Origin: a virus
Reading direction: 5' to 3' (one strand)
Length of the DNA: 64,000 bases
Virus record (IMG/VR): IMGVR_UViG_3300036790_000408
Span: 1 to 64,000 of that record
Of this stretch, positions 25,854-36,011 are shown in pieces. Both the position numbers and the translations under genes were made by a program. Below the pieces are notes generated by a model, which worked only from the letters and a program-made list of their open reading frames with translations, made no database searches and was not told the origin of the DNA. How positions within the stretch are numbered: position 1 is the stretch's first letter; every line of letters begins with the position of its first letter.

Positions 25854-26311
25854 GCAATTCGTCCTTGGATAGCCGGCCAGGCGCCTGCAAGAAGGGCCTG
25901 GCTCATGCGGGTGTATCGTTCAGGGAGTTCGCGCGCCGCGTCGCTGTCCATCAGCTCGACCGCCATGGTCTTCATGTCCTTGGCCTGCACCGCGGCCAGC
26001 ATTTTGACAAACTGGTAGAGCTTGCCGGTATTGAACTCGACCATGGCCAGGACATCCCCCGGCACCGTGTTGATCACGCTCGAGTACCATGGATAGGCCT
26101 TGTTCAGCTCAGCCTCGACGCAACCGAGATCGTAGATGAAAATCATGTCCATCAGCGTTTGCGACATCGGCACAGCGAGATTGTGTCCGTAACCGACGGT
26201 CAAGTTGCCGCCGTTCGGCCCCTTCAGCACCACGACACCCGACGAGTCGTCGTAAGGGGATGACATACTCCCCTCATCAGACTGCAGGTGCGCGATGCCG
26301 GCGGGCGTCAC
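25850..26311 (-). CDS. endolysin (lysozyme-like, GH24/T4-lysozyme fold)
   Basis: HLQSDEG...PYDD...LTVGYGHNL...FNTG...FVKMLAAV...DSDAARELPER; GTG start abuts the S53 gene stop. Confidence 0.85.
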   Translation of the reverse strand: MTPAGIAHLQSDEGSMSSPYDDSSGVVVLKGPNGGNLTVGYGHNLAVPMSQTLMDMIFIYDLGCVEAELNKAYPWYSSVINTVPGDVLAMVEFNTGKLYQFVKMLAAVQAKDMKTMAVELMDSDAARELPERYTRMSQALLAGAWPAIQGRIA

Positions 26312-26312
26312 A

Positions 26313-27494
26313 TCAGGCGACCGGTGCAGCCGATACGGGCGGCGCCTCGAACAGGGCTTCGAGCGCGATGCCGATCGGCGATCCGATCCCAGTGCAGGGA
26401 TCCGGCCCAATTTCGGAGTCGTAGGTGCCGTTGTTGCCGCTGGTGATGTCGCTGAAAGCCTTCTGGTTGGCCCAAAGCTTCGCTCCAATCCAACCCAGCT
26501 TGGTGCCGAACGACGCGAGCAGACCTGAGTAGAGCGGCGCGACCGCGCTAGTGCCACCGACCACCTGAACCGCACCATCAAGCACGATGTTGTAGCCGGT
26601 CATCGGATCAGCGTTGGCCGACACGTCCGGCACCATGCGCCCGAGACTGGATGGCGGGGTGGGTGCGCCGAGCATCCATTGCTCCGCCGGGAACAGGGTG
26701 CTGAAACCGCCGCCAGTGCCTTCGCCATCGCTGTTGCCTGGGTTGTTGTTCCAGACCACCTCGGGGCCGTTCGATGGCTTGGAGGTGCCACCGCAGCCGA
26801 TCACGTGCGGCGCGGAGGCCGGCATGTCCACGTTGGCGGGGGTGGATCCGCCGTCACTGGAGTCATTGTCGCCCGAGGCGGCGAAGATCACCATGCCGGC
26901 ACCGGTCGCCGCGATCGCCGCGGCTTCAAGTGCCGATGCATCCACCTTGCCCCAGTTCGCTTCGTCGGCGCCCCAGGATATCGAGCACACGTCACAGCCA
27001 TCGGCCGAGGCTTTCTCGATCGCCGTGGTAATGTCCTGCGACCAGTACATGCGAAGCGTTGCGGCCTCGCCGGTGGCCATGGTGTACGCCGCCGCCGCTA
27101 CCTGGATGTCGAGTGCGACCTCGCCGTCAGCATCGTTACCAGGGCTGTTCTTGGTGCCGTCCACCGACACGTCAGTGATGTTTGGCGGAGGGATGCCCAT
27201 GGTCGTGAAGGCTTGGTCCACGTCCGCTTGGTTCCAGCCGCCACCGAGCTCGATGATGGCGATAACACCCCCACCCGGAGCCTGGGTAGGCCAGCCGTAA
27301 GCGGCGCACAGAGCAGGCATATCCCACGCCTGGGGTGGTGGAGGGGGTGGCTGCGGGTTGTGCGTGGGGTGATGACCGCCACGATGCGCGACCGGCGGGG
27401 CGGCGCGCGTACCACCGCCATGGACGGCTCTCTGAAAGGCTCTGGTTGAATGGCGAAACTGAATGTACGGGTGGCATTTATGCACAAGCGTCAC
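26313..27494 (-). CDS. S53 (sedolisin/kumamolisin) serine peptidase
   Basis: IAIIELGGG, GEVALDIQ, SISWG, AASGDND, PASAPHVIGCGGT, PDVSANADP, GGTSAVAP, DITSGNN. Confidence 0.93.
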   Translation of the reverse strand: MTLVHKCHPYIQFRHSTRAFQRAVHGGGTRAAPPVAHRGGHHPTHNPQPPPPPPQAWDMPALCAAYGWPTQAPGGGVIAIIELGGGWNQADVDQAFTTMGIPPPNITDVSVDGTKNSPGNDADGEVALDIQVAAAAYTMATGEAATLRMYWSQDITTAIEKASADGCDVCSISWGADEANWGKVDASALEAAAIAATGAGMVIFAASGDNDSSDGGSTPANVDMPASAPHVIGCGGTSKPSNGPEVVWNNNPGNSDGEGTGGGFSTLFPAEQWMLGAPTPPSSLGRMVPDVSANADPMTGYNIVLDGAVQVVGGTSAVAPLYSGLLASFGTKLGWIGAKLWANQKAFSDITSGNNGTYDSEIGPDPCTGIGSPIGIALEALFEAPPVSAAPVA

Positions 27495-27512
27495 TCCCCA
27501 TTGGTGACAAAA

Positions 27513-27677
27513 TCAGTAGAGATACGGATGGCCGAAGATCGCCATGAGGATGAGGATCGCCACCAGCAGGCCAAGAATACCGCCAAAACCGCCACCGCCA
27601 TAGTATCCACTTCTGTGACCCCAGTAGCCGCCACCACCGAACAAGACGATGATAACAATCAGCAAAACGAGCAGCAT
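27513..27677 (-). CDS. DUF3309-like small membrane protein
   Basis: MLLVLLIVIIVLFGGGGYWG...GGILGLLVAILIL. Confidence 0.75.
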   Translation of the reverse strand: MLLVLLIVIIVLFGGGGYWGHRSGYYGGGGFGGILGLLVAILILMAIFGHPYLY

Positions 27678-27739
27678 TTCTTTTGTCCTTTGTCGTGGAC
27701 GATACTCGCGCCTAGCACAACTCGCTGGAGTCGCCATAG

Positions 27740-27768
27740 AAAAAGGGCCGATCCCGTAGGACCGGCCC
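27740..27768 (-). terminator. rho-independent terminator
   Basis: GGGCCG...CGGCCC stem followed by TTTTT on the minus strand. Confidence 0.7.
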
Positions 27769-27798
27769 AGATTTCTATGAACGCTTGTGCGCTACAAG

Positions 27799-28284
27799 TT
27801 ACGGTTTGTGGGCAGCCGGATGAGCGGCACTCGGGGTGCCGGTGGCGGCCGGTGCGCCCGCGGCGTTGAGTTGCCCGGTCAGGGTGGCGATCTGCGCTTC
27901 GGCCGCATCAAAGGCGGCTGCCTGATCCGGCGTCAGGGTGCCCATCTCGGTCTGCAGGTCGGCTAGGACTGTGGCTACGGCCGTGCCAAGTGCGGTCACA
28001 TTGGCCTGCAGGGTAGTAAGTTCGGATGCTACTGTGTCGCTCATGGTTGTTAGCTCCTGAATTTCAGATTGGATTGTGCTCAAGGCTGCCTGTATCGCAG
28101 TCATCTGCGCCGCGAGGGCAGTCAGGGTGCTAGAGTTGACCTTGTCTGTTGCCTGCAACGCAGCCACGGCAGTCGCGTTCCGATTGGAAGCTGCCTCAAG
28201 CGTGGAGATACCGCTGAGTACCAGCGCTAACTCCTGAAGGATGGCCGTATTCGACGACTGCTGTAGCGGAGACGCTTCCGACAC
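27799..28284 (-). CDS. coiled-coil hypothetical protein
   Basis: Ala/Thr/Gln heptads; GGAGGG RBS. Confidence 0.6.
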   Translation of the reverse strand: MSEASPLQQSSNTAILQELALVLSGISTLEAASNRNATAVAALQATDKVNSSTLTALAAQMTAIQAALSTIQSEIQELTTMSDTVASELTTLQANVTALGTAVATVLADLQTEMGTLTPDQAAAFDAAEAQIATLTGQLNAAGAPAATGTPSAAHPAAHKP

Positions 28285-28353
28285 CGACTTCCCTCCAGCT
28301 TTCGAGACGCCGGAGCCTTAACCAAAGACCCCGGAGTCTTGTCAAGTTGTGGT

Positions 28354-28746
28354 TTAGTGGCCGTCGTTGAGTTGCGGTGCCGGGAATGGGTTCGGAGGCG
28401 CGTCAGGAGCGCGTTCCGGGGCGGGCTTGGCCGCCGCCATGTTGACCCGCACCGCACCATGCGCCGGAGTTCCCAGGTTCATGTTCATGATGTGCTGGTG
28501 CTCGCCGTTCTTGACCACCACCGTAGCGCCCTGAGTGTCGGCCACGCCGGTGTTGGTCAGCTTGAGCACCTTGACGTCGCCGTCCTGCACGACTTGGGCG
28601 CGAGTAAGCTCTGGGTTCGACGCGACGACGGTGATATTGTCGGCCGCTGTCGCCGGCGCCCAATCGCCTTCCCCGTCATGCGCATGGCCATCCCAAACTT
28701 CGACCGGCGCGACAACGGACTGACCGCGATGCAGATGATGTGTCAT
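28354..28746 (-). CDS. hypothetical protein
   Basis: AGGAG RBS; part of the late operon. Confidence 0.6.
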   Translation of the reverse strand: MTHHLHRGQSVVAPVEVWDGHAHDGEGDWAPATAADNITVVASNPELTRAQVVQDGDVKVLKLTNTGVADTQGATVVVKNGEHQHIMNMNLGTPAHGAVRVNMAAAKPAPERAPDAPPNPFPAPQLNDGH

Positions 28747-28757
28747 TTGATATCCTC

Positions 28758-31472
28758 CTACAGAGTCTTAACCTGGAACGGTATGCTCCAGTTTCCTACG
28801 CGGCCTGACGCAAATGTCACCGAGCATCGCAAGGTGTACATGACCGGGATATACAGCGGAGTGAACTCTCCGACGGTAATCGAAACGAGATAACCAAGAG
28901 TGGACGGCATCGATCCTGGAACGACAAAGCTGTCGATGAAGGTTGGACCTATGAAATTCAGGTCAGGTAACCCAGGTGTTTCGGCTATCCCGGTAATTTC
29001 AGCCCATACGATTGCGTCGTTGGCATAGCCACGAACTGACCAATCGAAGGTGAATGTCTGCTGATCGGACGGATCAAACGGAGAAAAGAATTCCGGTTCC
29101 GCCCGGTAAATCTGGTTATCGAACACCCCGTCCTCCTCACGCGGTAGCACAATGCGCCGGATCATCGGCGGCAGCGTCGATATATCACCTGGAGGGGGCA
29201 GGCGCACGACGCGAGTGCGTTGCGACAATGGGATGTAGGTGTGAAACCACGTGGTGATCCTCGTCACCGTCGATGACAACACAACGAACGGGGCCTTCTG
29301 CCGATTGCGGACGGCATTGATGACCTGCCCCTGCGCCCACCCGAGCACTACGCCGCCACTGGCGATGATGATCTGCGGGAAAGAGCCCTGGGCGTAGCCG
29401 GCAACGATCCCGACCGAGCGGGAGAAGCGTGTGGACTCTGGTGACGCGGCACCAAAGGACCGGGCTGACTGCCTGGCCAACCTTCCGGATTGAGATCCGG
29501 AAGCCCCAAAGGCACGAAACATATTCCGGATGACCTGCAAGGACTGCGTCGAGGCGGTGTGAACCTGATGTCCGATCGAGCGTTGCAGTCTTGGCGCTTG
29601 TGGGTCGGTGGCGCTGGCCGCGATGTTGCGCGACAGCATTTTGGCTATACCTGAGGCTTGCTGGGATCCTCGGCCGAGGGTTTTCGAGATGCCGCGCAAC
29701 ATCCCGGTCGATTGAATGTTGACCGCGGTCCGGACGGCCGTCATCGCACGCTTCACACCGAATGACTGCGCGTCGACAGCGTTCAGGCCCTTACTAGGCA
29801 CCTTGTGCAGACTAATGGTCTCTGGGCTAGAGGTTGATACGGTCTGGAGTTTGGCTCTCCGAGCGACGATACTGGCACTCTCAGCACTGGCCGCACTGTA
29901 AGACCTGACCAGCGATAGCAGCCGGGAATAGGATGCGGACTGTGCCGACGCCGCACCGTGAGTTCGGACCAGCAGCAAGTTCCTGGCAAACGATCCGACC
30001 TGGGAAGAAGCCACGGAGGCGGATTTGAAGATTGCCAGCACCCGAGCGGCCGACTGGGTTGACGCGGCTTGTGCTCGATAGGATGTGGCGAGCGTCCGGC
30101 TGATGGAGAAAGCTTCGGTACTGGTCGAGCCGATCGGGAACTCCACCTGCTTGATCAGACCAGATGATGCGGCATTTGATGCGGCCAGGGCTAGTTGGTT
30201 GACTACGCCGGACGAGTAGGTGATCCGGATCTGACCGATGGCGCCGGCGCCGCCCGTGCTCGGACCTAATCCAGAATAGAAGACCGCGCCACCACCGCCG
30301 CCACCAGGTGCGCCGCCCGCGCCCGCGACATCGCCTGGAGCACCCACTGTGATCAGCGATCCGCCACCGCCACCGCCTGATGTGGCCGAGGTGCCGGCAT
30401 TACCCGGGCTGGTAGCGCTAACAGAGCCGCCGGCGCCGCCCGTCGTGGCGTCACCCTGCCCACCCGCGCCCGTCGAGGATGCATTGCCGTTACCGTCGGG
30501 CCCAGCCGACCCACCCCCACCAGCACCCGTGGAAGCATAAGCCGCGCCCGCGCCGCCTGTGTTCTTAGTGCCGGTCCCAATACCCGCCACGCCACCCGCG
30601 CCACCCGACGCCCCATTCGACCGCGAGCCGGCCGGGGCTGACATATAGCCGGGGGTGGATTTCCAAGCCGATGCCGAGGTGCCAGCCTCGATCTGCGCGC
30701 CGGCCACCCGAATGGTCAGGTTGATGGCCTTGCCGGCGGTCCAGTTGAGCTGAAGGCCGGAAGATATCTTGAGCCCACTGCTGGCCGTCGTGGCGTGACC
30801 GCTGGTTTGCGCTAGCGTGCCGGTCAGCGTGACGGTGTCGGTGATGATCGCGGCCAGGAAGCCGCTGGCCGACGTCCAGTCATCGGTAATGACCTGAACG
30901 CTGGTGATATTGGTGGTCGAGCCACCGACTAGGGCAAGATAGACGCTGACATTGTACGCGGTGGACGCTGAGCAGACCAAGAGCCCATCGAAAGAGAAGT
31001 CGGCGTGCGTGCTGGACGTGGTGCCGGACCACTGCACATCGACAAACGGCAACCCCGTAGTGGCGTCGACCCCAACATTGACGATCGTGCCGGTCGGCGT
31101 GCCGGTCGAGGTCCAGTTGGTCGGCAACACACCGACTGACGCGCCCTGCTGCAGCGAGTTCGTGAGGATGTTGAGGTTGTTGTTCGACCAAGTCGAATTG
31201 CCACCGGAAACGCCATCACCGCCGGTGCCGCCAGCCCCTCCGGCCCCCACGACGTAAGGGACACCATTCGTAATGTCGTTGGTCGTGAGCGTGTACGTCG
31301 ACGAGGTGTACGCACCGCCGCCACCACCTGAACCGAATGCAGAGCCGGAACTGCGCGCGCCACCGCCGCCTGCAGCGCCCCACCCCTCAATGGTGACGGT
31401 GCTGTTGGCCGCCAAGCCACTCGGCACAGTCCAGGTGCCGGAACCGCTGGTGTTGAGCAGTACGGTGGTCAT
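28758..31472 (-). CDS. Gly-rich virion/tail-fibre-like protein with a carbohydrate-binding-like insert and 18-20 aa repeats
   Basis: GWGAAGGGG...GGGGGAY Gly-rich domain; QIEAG..ASAW motif; C-terminal FSPFDPSDQQTFTFDW domain. Confidence 0.75.
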   Translation of the reverse strand: MTTVLLNTSGSGTWTVPSGLAANSTVTIEGWGAAGGGGARSSGSAFGSGGGGGAYTSSTYTLTTNDITNGVPYVVGAGGAGGTGGDGVSGGNSTWSNNNLNILTNSLQQGASVGVLPTNWTSTGTPTGTIVNVGVDATTGLPFVDVQWSGTTSSTHADFSFDGLLVCSASTAYNVSVYLALVGGSTTNITSVQVITDDWTSASGFLAAIITDTVTLTGTLAQTSGHATTASSGLKISSGLQLNWTAGKAINLTIRVAGAQIEAGTSASAWKSTPGYMSAPAGSRSNGASGGAGGVAGIGTGTKNTGGAGAAYASTGAGGGGSAGPDGNGNASSTGAGGQGDATTGGAGGSVSATSPGNAGTSATSGGGGGGSLITVGAPGDVAGAGGAPGGGGGGAVFYSGLGPSTGGAGAIGQIRITYSSGVVNQLALAASNAASSGLIKQVEFPIGSTSTEAFSISRTLATSYRAQAASTQSAARVLAIFKSASVASSQVGSFARNLLLVRTHGAASAQSASYSRLLSLVRSYSAASAESASIVARRAKLQTVSTSSPETISLHKVPSKGLNAVDAQSFGVKRAMTAVRTAVNIQSTGMLRGISKTLGRGSQQASGIAKMLSRNIAASATDPQAPRLQRSIGHQVHTASTQSLQVIRNMFRAFGASGSQSGRLARQSARSFGAASPESTRFSRSVGIVAGYAQGSFPQIIIASGGVVLGWAQGQVINAVRNRQKAPFVVLSSTVTRITTWFHTYIPLSQRTRVVRLPPPGDISTLPPMIRRIVLPREEDGVFDNQIYRAEPEFFSPFDPSDQQTFTFDWSVRGYANDAIVWAEITGIAETPGLPDLNFIGPTFIDSFVVPGSMPSTLGYLVSITVGEFTPLYIPVMYTLRCSVTFASGRVGNWSIPFQVKTL

Positions 31473-31522
31473 GGATCAGCGGGCGGCTGGTTTAGAGTTG
31501 GCCGCCATCCACTCACCCCGCT

Positions 31523-32284
31523 CTAGTTTTTTGGTCCGATGACGACGCCACCCATCGACGCCGGGGTATCCCTGGGAACAATCGGCAAGGAACTTCCGAA
31601 TACTTTTTCCCATATGTAGTATATCTGCTGTTTTACGGTCGTGAATTGAGTTTCAATCTCAACATTGCCAGAAGCTATTCTAGCTATCTCTGCTTCTATT
31701 TTAGAATTTCTATCTTCTTCAATAGAAATTCTGCGATTGAGATCGATCCTATCGGTGTTGCTGCGCTGATCGGCCGCCGTGCTGTTGGATGAAGCGATTT
31801 CGATATTCTGCAATCTGGGTGCTATATTGGCTAGTTGAGCCACCATGGCCGACTGCGCATTGGTAAGTGGCGCAATTGCATTGCCGATCTCAGCGTTGAC
31901 AAAAAAGACAGCCAGGCCGGTGATCATGCCAAGAGCCAGGAGGCCGGCGGAAGCGAGACCTACGATGATGGATGAAGGAAACTTCTTGGCCTCAAGTTTG
32001 ACGCTGAAATTCTCCAGGGCGACATTGAAACGACTCATGTCATTACGAAAGCCAGTGGTAATGCTCTCGATATCAGACTTCCACTCGGCCGACATGTTGG
32101 TTTGCTGACGCTCAAGATGCTCAAGGTGAACCTTGAGGCTGGAGACGTTGTCGCGTTGGGTAGCGAAGCCATCGACAACGTTGGACAGACTATCTTCAAG
32201 CCGCCTCAGCGTATCATTCTGCTCGTTTCCGCTAGGACGTAAGGGCGTTGTCCTCCTTCGACGACGTGAAGGTTCGGTAGCCAT
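31523..32284 (-). CDS. coiled-coil membrane protein
   Basis: Central TM helix (IIVGLASAGLLALGMITGLAVFFV) between coiled coils. Confidence 0.65.
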   Translation of the reverse strand: MATEPSRRRRRTTPLRPSGNEQNDTLRRLEDSLSNVVDGFATQRDNVSSLKVHLEHLERQQTNMSAEWKSDIESITTGFRNDMSRFNVALENFSVKLEAKKFPSSIIVGLASAGLLALGMITGLAVFFVNAEIGNAIAPLTNAQSAMVAQLANIAPRLQNIEIASSNSTAADQRSNTDRIDLNRRISIEEDRNSKIEAEIARIASGNVEIETQFTTVKQQIYYIWEKVFGSSLPIVPRDTPASMGGVVIGPKN

Positions 32285-32310
32285 ATCCCCATCTCCGGCG
32301 CGCCGTCAGA

Positions 32311-34335
32311 TCAAAGTGACTGGACCCGCACTGGGATCGAAAAACTGCTCCTCGAGCCGGACGCAAAAGTCGCGGTGCAGCGCAAACTGTAGGTGGTGGG
32401 CAATGATAGTGGCGTAAATGGTAGGGCGGTCACCTCCACAAGATAGCCGTTGATGAACACCGGCCCGAAGAAGGTAAAGCCGGCCGGAACGGAGGTCACG
32501 GTGGCCGAGACAATCGCGTCTCCGGGAGCGGCCCTGGCCGCCCAATTGAAAGCAAATGTGGTCTGATCGCTCGGATCAATCGGCGCGAAATAGGGTGGCT
32601 CAGCCAAACCCCCAGCGGGTGGCAGCAATACCGTTTGCTGATAGGCCCATGGTGCTACGAAGAGATGATACCACGGCGTCGTGGAGCTCGACTGGCCCTG
32701 CGCGGCGCCGAGGATGCGGCCGTGTGGCGTGGAGGTGGTGAAGGCTTGGGCGTTGCTCGTAGTGAATTCGCGCGCGGTGCCCTTGCCGATACTGACGGAT
32801 TGCGGGCTGTAGATGCTGATGATCTTGGCGATGAGCCGCGCCAGGATGGAAGCGTTGCCCTGCGCGACGGAGGCTGAGTGGCCACGCGAGCGCTGCACGA
32901 AGGCAGTATTCCCGTCGGCGGCGATCAGGATCTTCACCCGGCTACGGATGAGTTCCGTCGATTGTGGCGAGTTGCTGTTGAGCGGTCGCGGCCGCACCGC
33001 TGAGACGAATAAACCCAGGACTTCCGCGCTAAAGATCGATCGTACCAAGCCGATCGACTTGATCGCCGCGGCCGCGTTGGCGGAGGCCAGCGATCGGATG
33101 GTAGACATCTGTCTGGCGAGTGCGGCGACCTGCCCCTGTGCCAGCGCGATAACCTCGGGAAGGATCTTGGTCACGTGGGTGGACAGATGCCCGGCGTTGG
33201 CATCGCTGGTCGGCAAAGATTTGGCGCGGATGATCGGCGTCAGCAGGCTGGCGGACTGGGCATCGACCGCACTGCGCGACGACAGGATACGGAGCGTGCC
33301 GGATATCATGGCGGCAATGGAGGTGGCCGCGACGGACCTTGGCAGCCCGGCTGAGCGCCGGGTCGATGCGGCGTTTGCATCGCTGGCCGAGAGCACCTTG
33401 CCGTCGGTGCGCTGTAGCGCGGCGCTCTCGGCGGAGGTGGCGTGGAATAGCTTGCCACTCCCACGCAGCAAGGACGGACCGGGAGCCTGACTAGCGTGGA
33501 AGTGGCTGCTTATGGCGCGCAGGACAGCCAGCGTGCCTGTCGTTGCGACGCCATAAACCTGATGGAGGGTGCGGGCGCCGAGTGGCGAACCGAGCGCCTC
33601 CGCGGAGCCGATGGAGAATGCCTTGCCGGTTTGACGGGAGAGTTTGGAGCTTTCGCCGTCGGTAGTCTGAACAACCTTCCCACGATTACGTATGGCCGAT
33701 GTGGCTTGGCTTGAGGCGGCACTAAAGTGGCGCACGAGCGAGCGTAGGATCGCTATGGTCTGCGAGCTGATGATGCCGCGCAGCACGCCGACCGTACGCA
33801 CCAAGACGATGGACTGCGTGCCGGCGACGCTGGGGATGGCCTGGCTTAGGCCGCGGCCAAAACCAATCACCTCGGCGGAAGCCACATTGTAGCCGGCCGG
33901 TGCGACCAGTTTAAGCAGACTGGCAAAGCGAGCGCTGTGACTGGCTGCTACCACGGCGTGATACGGCACGCTGTTGAATTGCGCGGCGAAGGATGGCGCA
34001 GCCACGCTGAGATTGGGTGGCGTCGTGGCGCGCAGGATGCGTTGGCTTGAACTAGAGGACTCGGCCGATCCCGTGGACCCGGACTGGTGGTAGATGTGCG
34101 CGCTAGCGCTCTTGACCATGCTGTAGGCAGCAGCGCTGGCGGCAGAGATCACTCGACCGCGATTGTTGTGCGTGTTGTGCGCCGACTGCGGGCTGACGGC
34201 ACCGGTGAGAGTGATGAGTTGCGGCCCCTTGCGGGTGCTGGTGGCAGCCGTATCGCCGTGGGTAGCGGAGACGCTGAGCTGATGAGTGACCGCGGAGGTC
34301 GGGAATTCCTCGGTTAGTTGGTAGCCGTACAGCAT
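32311..34335 (-). CDS. virion protein with 18-20 aa repeats, paralog of the 28758..31472 C-terminal half
   Basis: Same S/A-x-Q-S...R repeat units and C-terminal FAPIDPSDQTTFAFNW domain. Confidence 0.75.
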   Translation of the reverse strand: MLYGYQLTEEFPTSAVTHQLSVSATHGDTAATSTRKGPQLITLTGAVSPQSAHNTHNNRGRVISAASAAAYSMVKSASAHIYHQSGSTGSAESSSSSQRILRATTPPNLSVAAPSFAAQFNSVPYHAVVAASHSARFASLLKLVAPAGYNVASAEVIGFGRGLSQAIPSVAGTQSIVLVRTVGVLRGIISSQTIAILRSLVRHFSAASSQATSAIRNRGKVVQTTDGESSKLSRQTGKAFSIGSAEALGSPLGARTLHQVYGVATTGTLAVLRAISSHFHASQAPGPSLLRGSGKLFHATSAESAALQRTDGKVLSASDANAASTRRSAGLPRSVAATSIAAMISGTLRILSSRSAVDAQSASLLTPIIRAKSLPTSDANAGHLSTHVTKILPEVIALAQGQVAALARQMSTIRSLASANAAAAIKSIGLVRSIFSAEVLGLFVSAVRPRPLNSNSPQSTELIRSRVKILIAADGNTAFVQRSRGHSASVAQGNASILARLIAKIISIYSPQSVSIGKGTAREFTTSNAQAFTTSTPHGRILGAAQGQSSSTTPWYHLFVAPWAYQQTVLLPPAGGLAEPPYFAPIDPSDQTTFAFNWAARAAPGDAIVSATVTSVPAGFTFFGPVFINGYLVEVTALPFTPLSLPTTYSLRCTATFASGSRSSFSIPVRVQSL

Positions 34336-34354
34336 CCACGGCTCCCGTCAGAGA

Positions 34355-34909
34355 CTACCAATTTACCACGTTCGGCTTCACTCCCGCCGCCAGAGCCGCG
34401 CGCGGTGGACATAGCTTGTTCTGTTTGGTCGCCTGCTTCTGCCAGGAACAGACGTCGGCGAACCGACAGTCATAGGTCCGCGGTGGGTCCGGCTTGCGGC
34501 GGTTGGCCACGGCACGCTCCACCAATCTGTGCTGGAACCCAGTCGAGCACCCCACGAGCCACCAGGGACAGCCACCGTGGTCGATATCGTCCTGCTCGGG
34601 GCATGTGCCGGCATAGATCCCGGCGTTCGGCGAACCGTCATTGGCGATCAGCGGGCACATGGAGGCCGGGCAGATCACCTCCGGACCGCCTGGATCGAGC
34701 GGCTTGGAACGCTGCGGCTCGGTGGGCCCATTCGGCGGCGGTTGGCCTGGCCGCAGGTCGATCATGCCGTTGACCATCGGCGTCGGCAGGCAGGCCTGGC
34801 AGTACCATTTCCCACCGAAGGATCGGAATACCCTGGCTTCGAGCGGGGTATTGCCGCACTTGGAGCAGTTGAACTTCTTGGTGCCTGGATAGGCATCGCG
34901 CTCAACCAT
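34355..34909 (-). CDS. Cys-rich hypothetical protein
   Basis: CSKC, CQAC, CPASMCP, CPWW and further Cys residues. Confidence 0.65.
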   Translation of the reverse strand: MVERDAYPGTKKFNCSKCGNTPLEARVFRSFGGKWYCQACLPTPMVNGMIDLRPGQPPPNGPTEPQRSKPLDPGGPEVICPASMCPLIANDGSPNAGIYAGTCPEQDDIDHGGCPWWLVGCSTGFQHRLVERAVANRRKPDPPRTYDCRFADVCSWQKQATKQNKLCPPRAALAAGVKPNVVNW

Positions 34910-35179
34910 TCAGAAGTCCAGATAGCCCGTATCTTTGGGCTTGGCTGCCTCTTTCATGCATTCCTTGCACGGTGGATTGTGCGGGAACTGAAAGCGACAG
35001 TTCAGATACTTCAGCTTTGATACCGGCATTCCGGCCTCTACCCACGCTTGATACCCAGCGGAGCACAGATCGAACGCGTTCGCCTCCTCCGGTGTCTCCT
35101 GCCGGACCTGGTAGTTCGAGAACTCGCTCACAGGAACCTCTTTTAGGTGGTCAGGCCTCGGTACGTTGACGGTATGCAT
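34910..35179 (-). CDS. hypothetical protein
   Basis: Abuts the downstream gene; CRF...CKEC. Confidence 0.5.
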   Translation of the reverse strand: MHTVNVPRPDHLKEVPVSEFSNYQVRQETPEEANAFDLCSAGYQAWVEAGMPVSKLKYLNCRFQFPHNPPCKECMKEAAKPKDTGYLDF

Positions 35180-35355
35180 GACACATCGTCCAACAGGCTT
35201 GGCGAGCCATGGTGGTGTACCGCCGGCTCCTTCCGGTCCTTGTCAGCTTCGATGAAAATTCTGTGGCTATCGACGTCCACCCACACTCCGATAGGATAGT
35301 TGGAGGCACCGGCGCTGATTTTATGGCCACGAATTTCTGCCGAAAAACTGTTCAT
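35143..35355 (-). CDS. hypothetical protein
   Basis: ATGA-coupled to the methyltransferase. Confidence 0.45.
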   Translation of the reverse strand: MNSFSAEIRGHKISAGASNYPIGVWVDVDSHRIFIEADKDRKEPAVHHHGSPSLLDDVSCIPSTYRGLTT

Positions 35356-36011
35356 TGCTTCTTGTACTCCGCCCAAAAGGTGCGCGCGGCAAACTTAGGG
35401 TGCACGCGCTGGGCGTCGAGCTTACCACCATCCACCGGACAACCGAAGTGGTCCTCCAGCGGTTTACAGATATCAATCCCATCATTGACAAAGCCCATCT
35501 CGATGGTCGGCACGAAGCGGATCAGCTCGTTCATAACCAACAGACGTCCGCCGGGCTTCAAGGCTGTATGTAAAAGGAGCGCGTCGTCGGTCGGCTGGCC
35601 GGAGTGCTGCAACACCCACAGGCAGATGGCGTAATCGAATTGGTTCTCAAGCGACAGCAGGGATTGCGGCTCACAGGTGCGGAACTCCCGCCGCCGGACA
35701 TGCCGGGAGGCGATGGTTCGCATCGACACGCTGGCGTCCACCCCGAGCACGCCACAACCACGAGCCTCGATGAGCGCCTTGGACATCCGCCCGGTGCCGC
35801 AACCATAGTCCAGCACCGCTGTGGTGTGGCGGGTGTTGGGGAAGCGATCGAGGATGAAGTCCAGGGTGTACTCGGTCTCCTCCACCCAGCGCTTCTCGCT
35901 TCGAGTGTGAGTTTCTCCATCCGTGGTGCCAACCTCCCCAAGCGTCATGTGCTTGGCCTGGTTCAGGTTGGCAACGCGGTAGGCATCGGGGTTGAAGGTG
36001 GCTTGTCTCAT
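35352..36011 (-). CDS. class I SAM-dependent methyltransferase
   Basis: VLDYGCGTGRMSK, GVDASVSM, FDYAICLWVLQH, LKPGGRL. Confidence 0.92.
   Translation of the reverse strand: MRQATFNPDAYRVANLNQAKHMTLGEVGTTDGETHTRSEKRWVEETEYTLDFILDRFPNTRHTTAVLDYGCGTGRMSKALIEARGCGVLGVDASVSMRTIASRHVRRREFRTCEPQSLLSLENQFDYAICLWVLQHSGQPTDDALLLHTALKPGGRLLVMNELIRFVPTIEMGFVNDGIDICKPLEDHFGCPVDGGKLDAQRVHPKFAARTFWAEYKKQ

Noticed and set aside
26614-27449. Long plus-strand ORFs opposite the S53 peptidase, and similar antisense ORFs across 28-64 kb
   Set aside because: Antisense shadows of GC-rich, Gly/Ala/Thr-rich genes with clear motifs on the other strand
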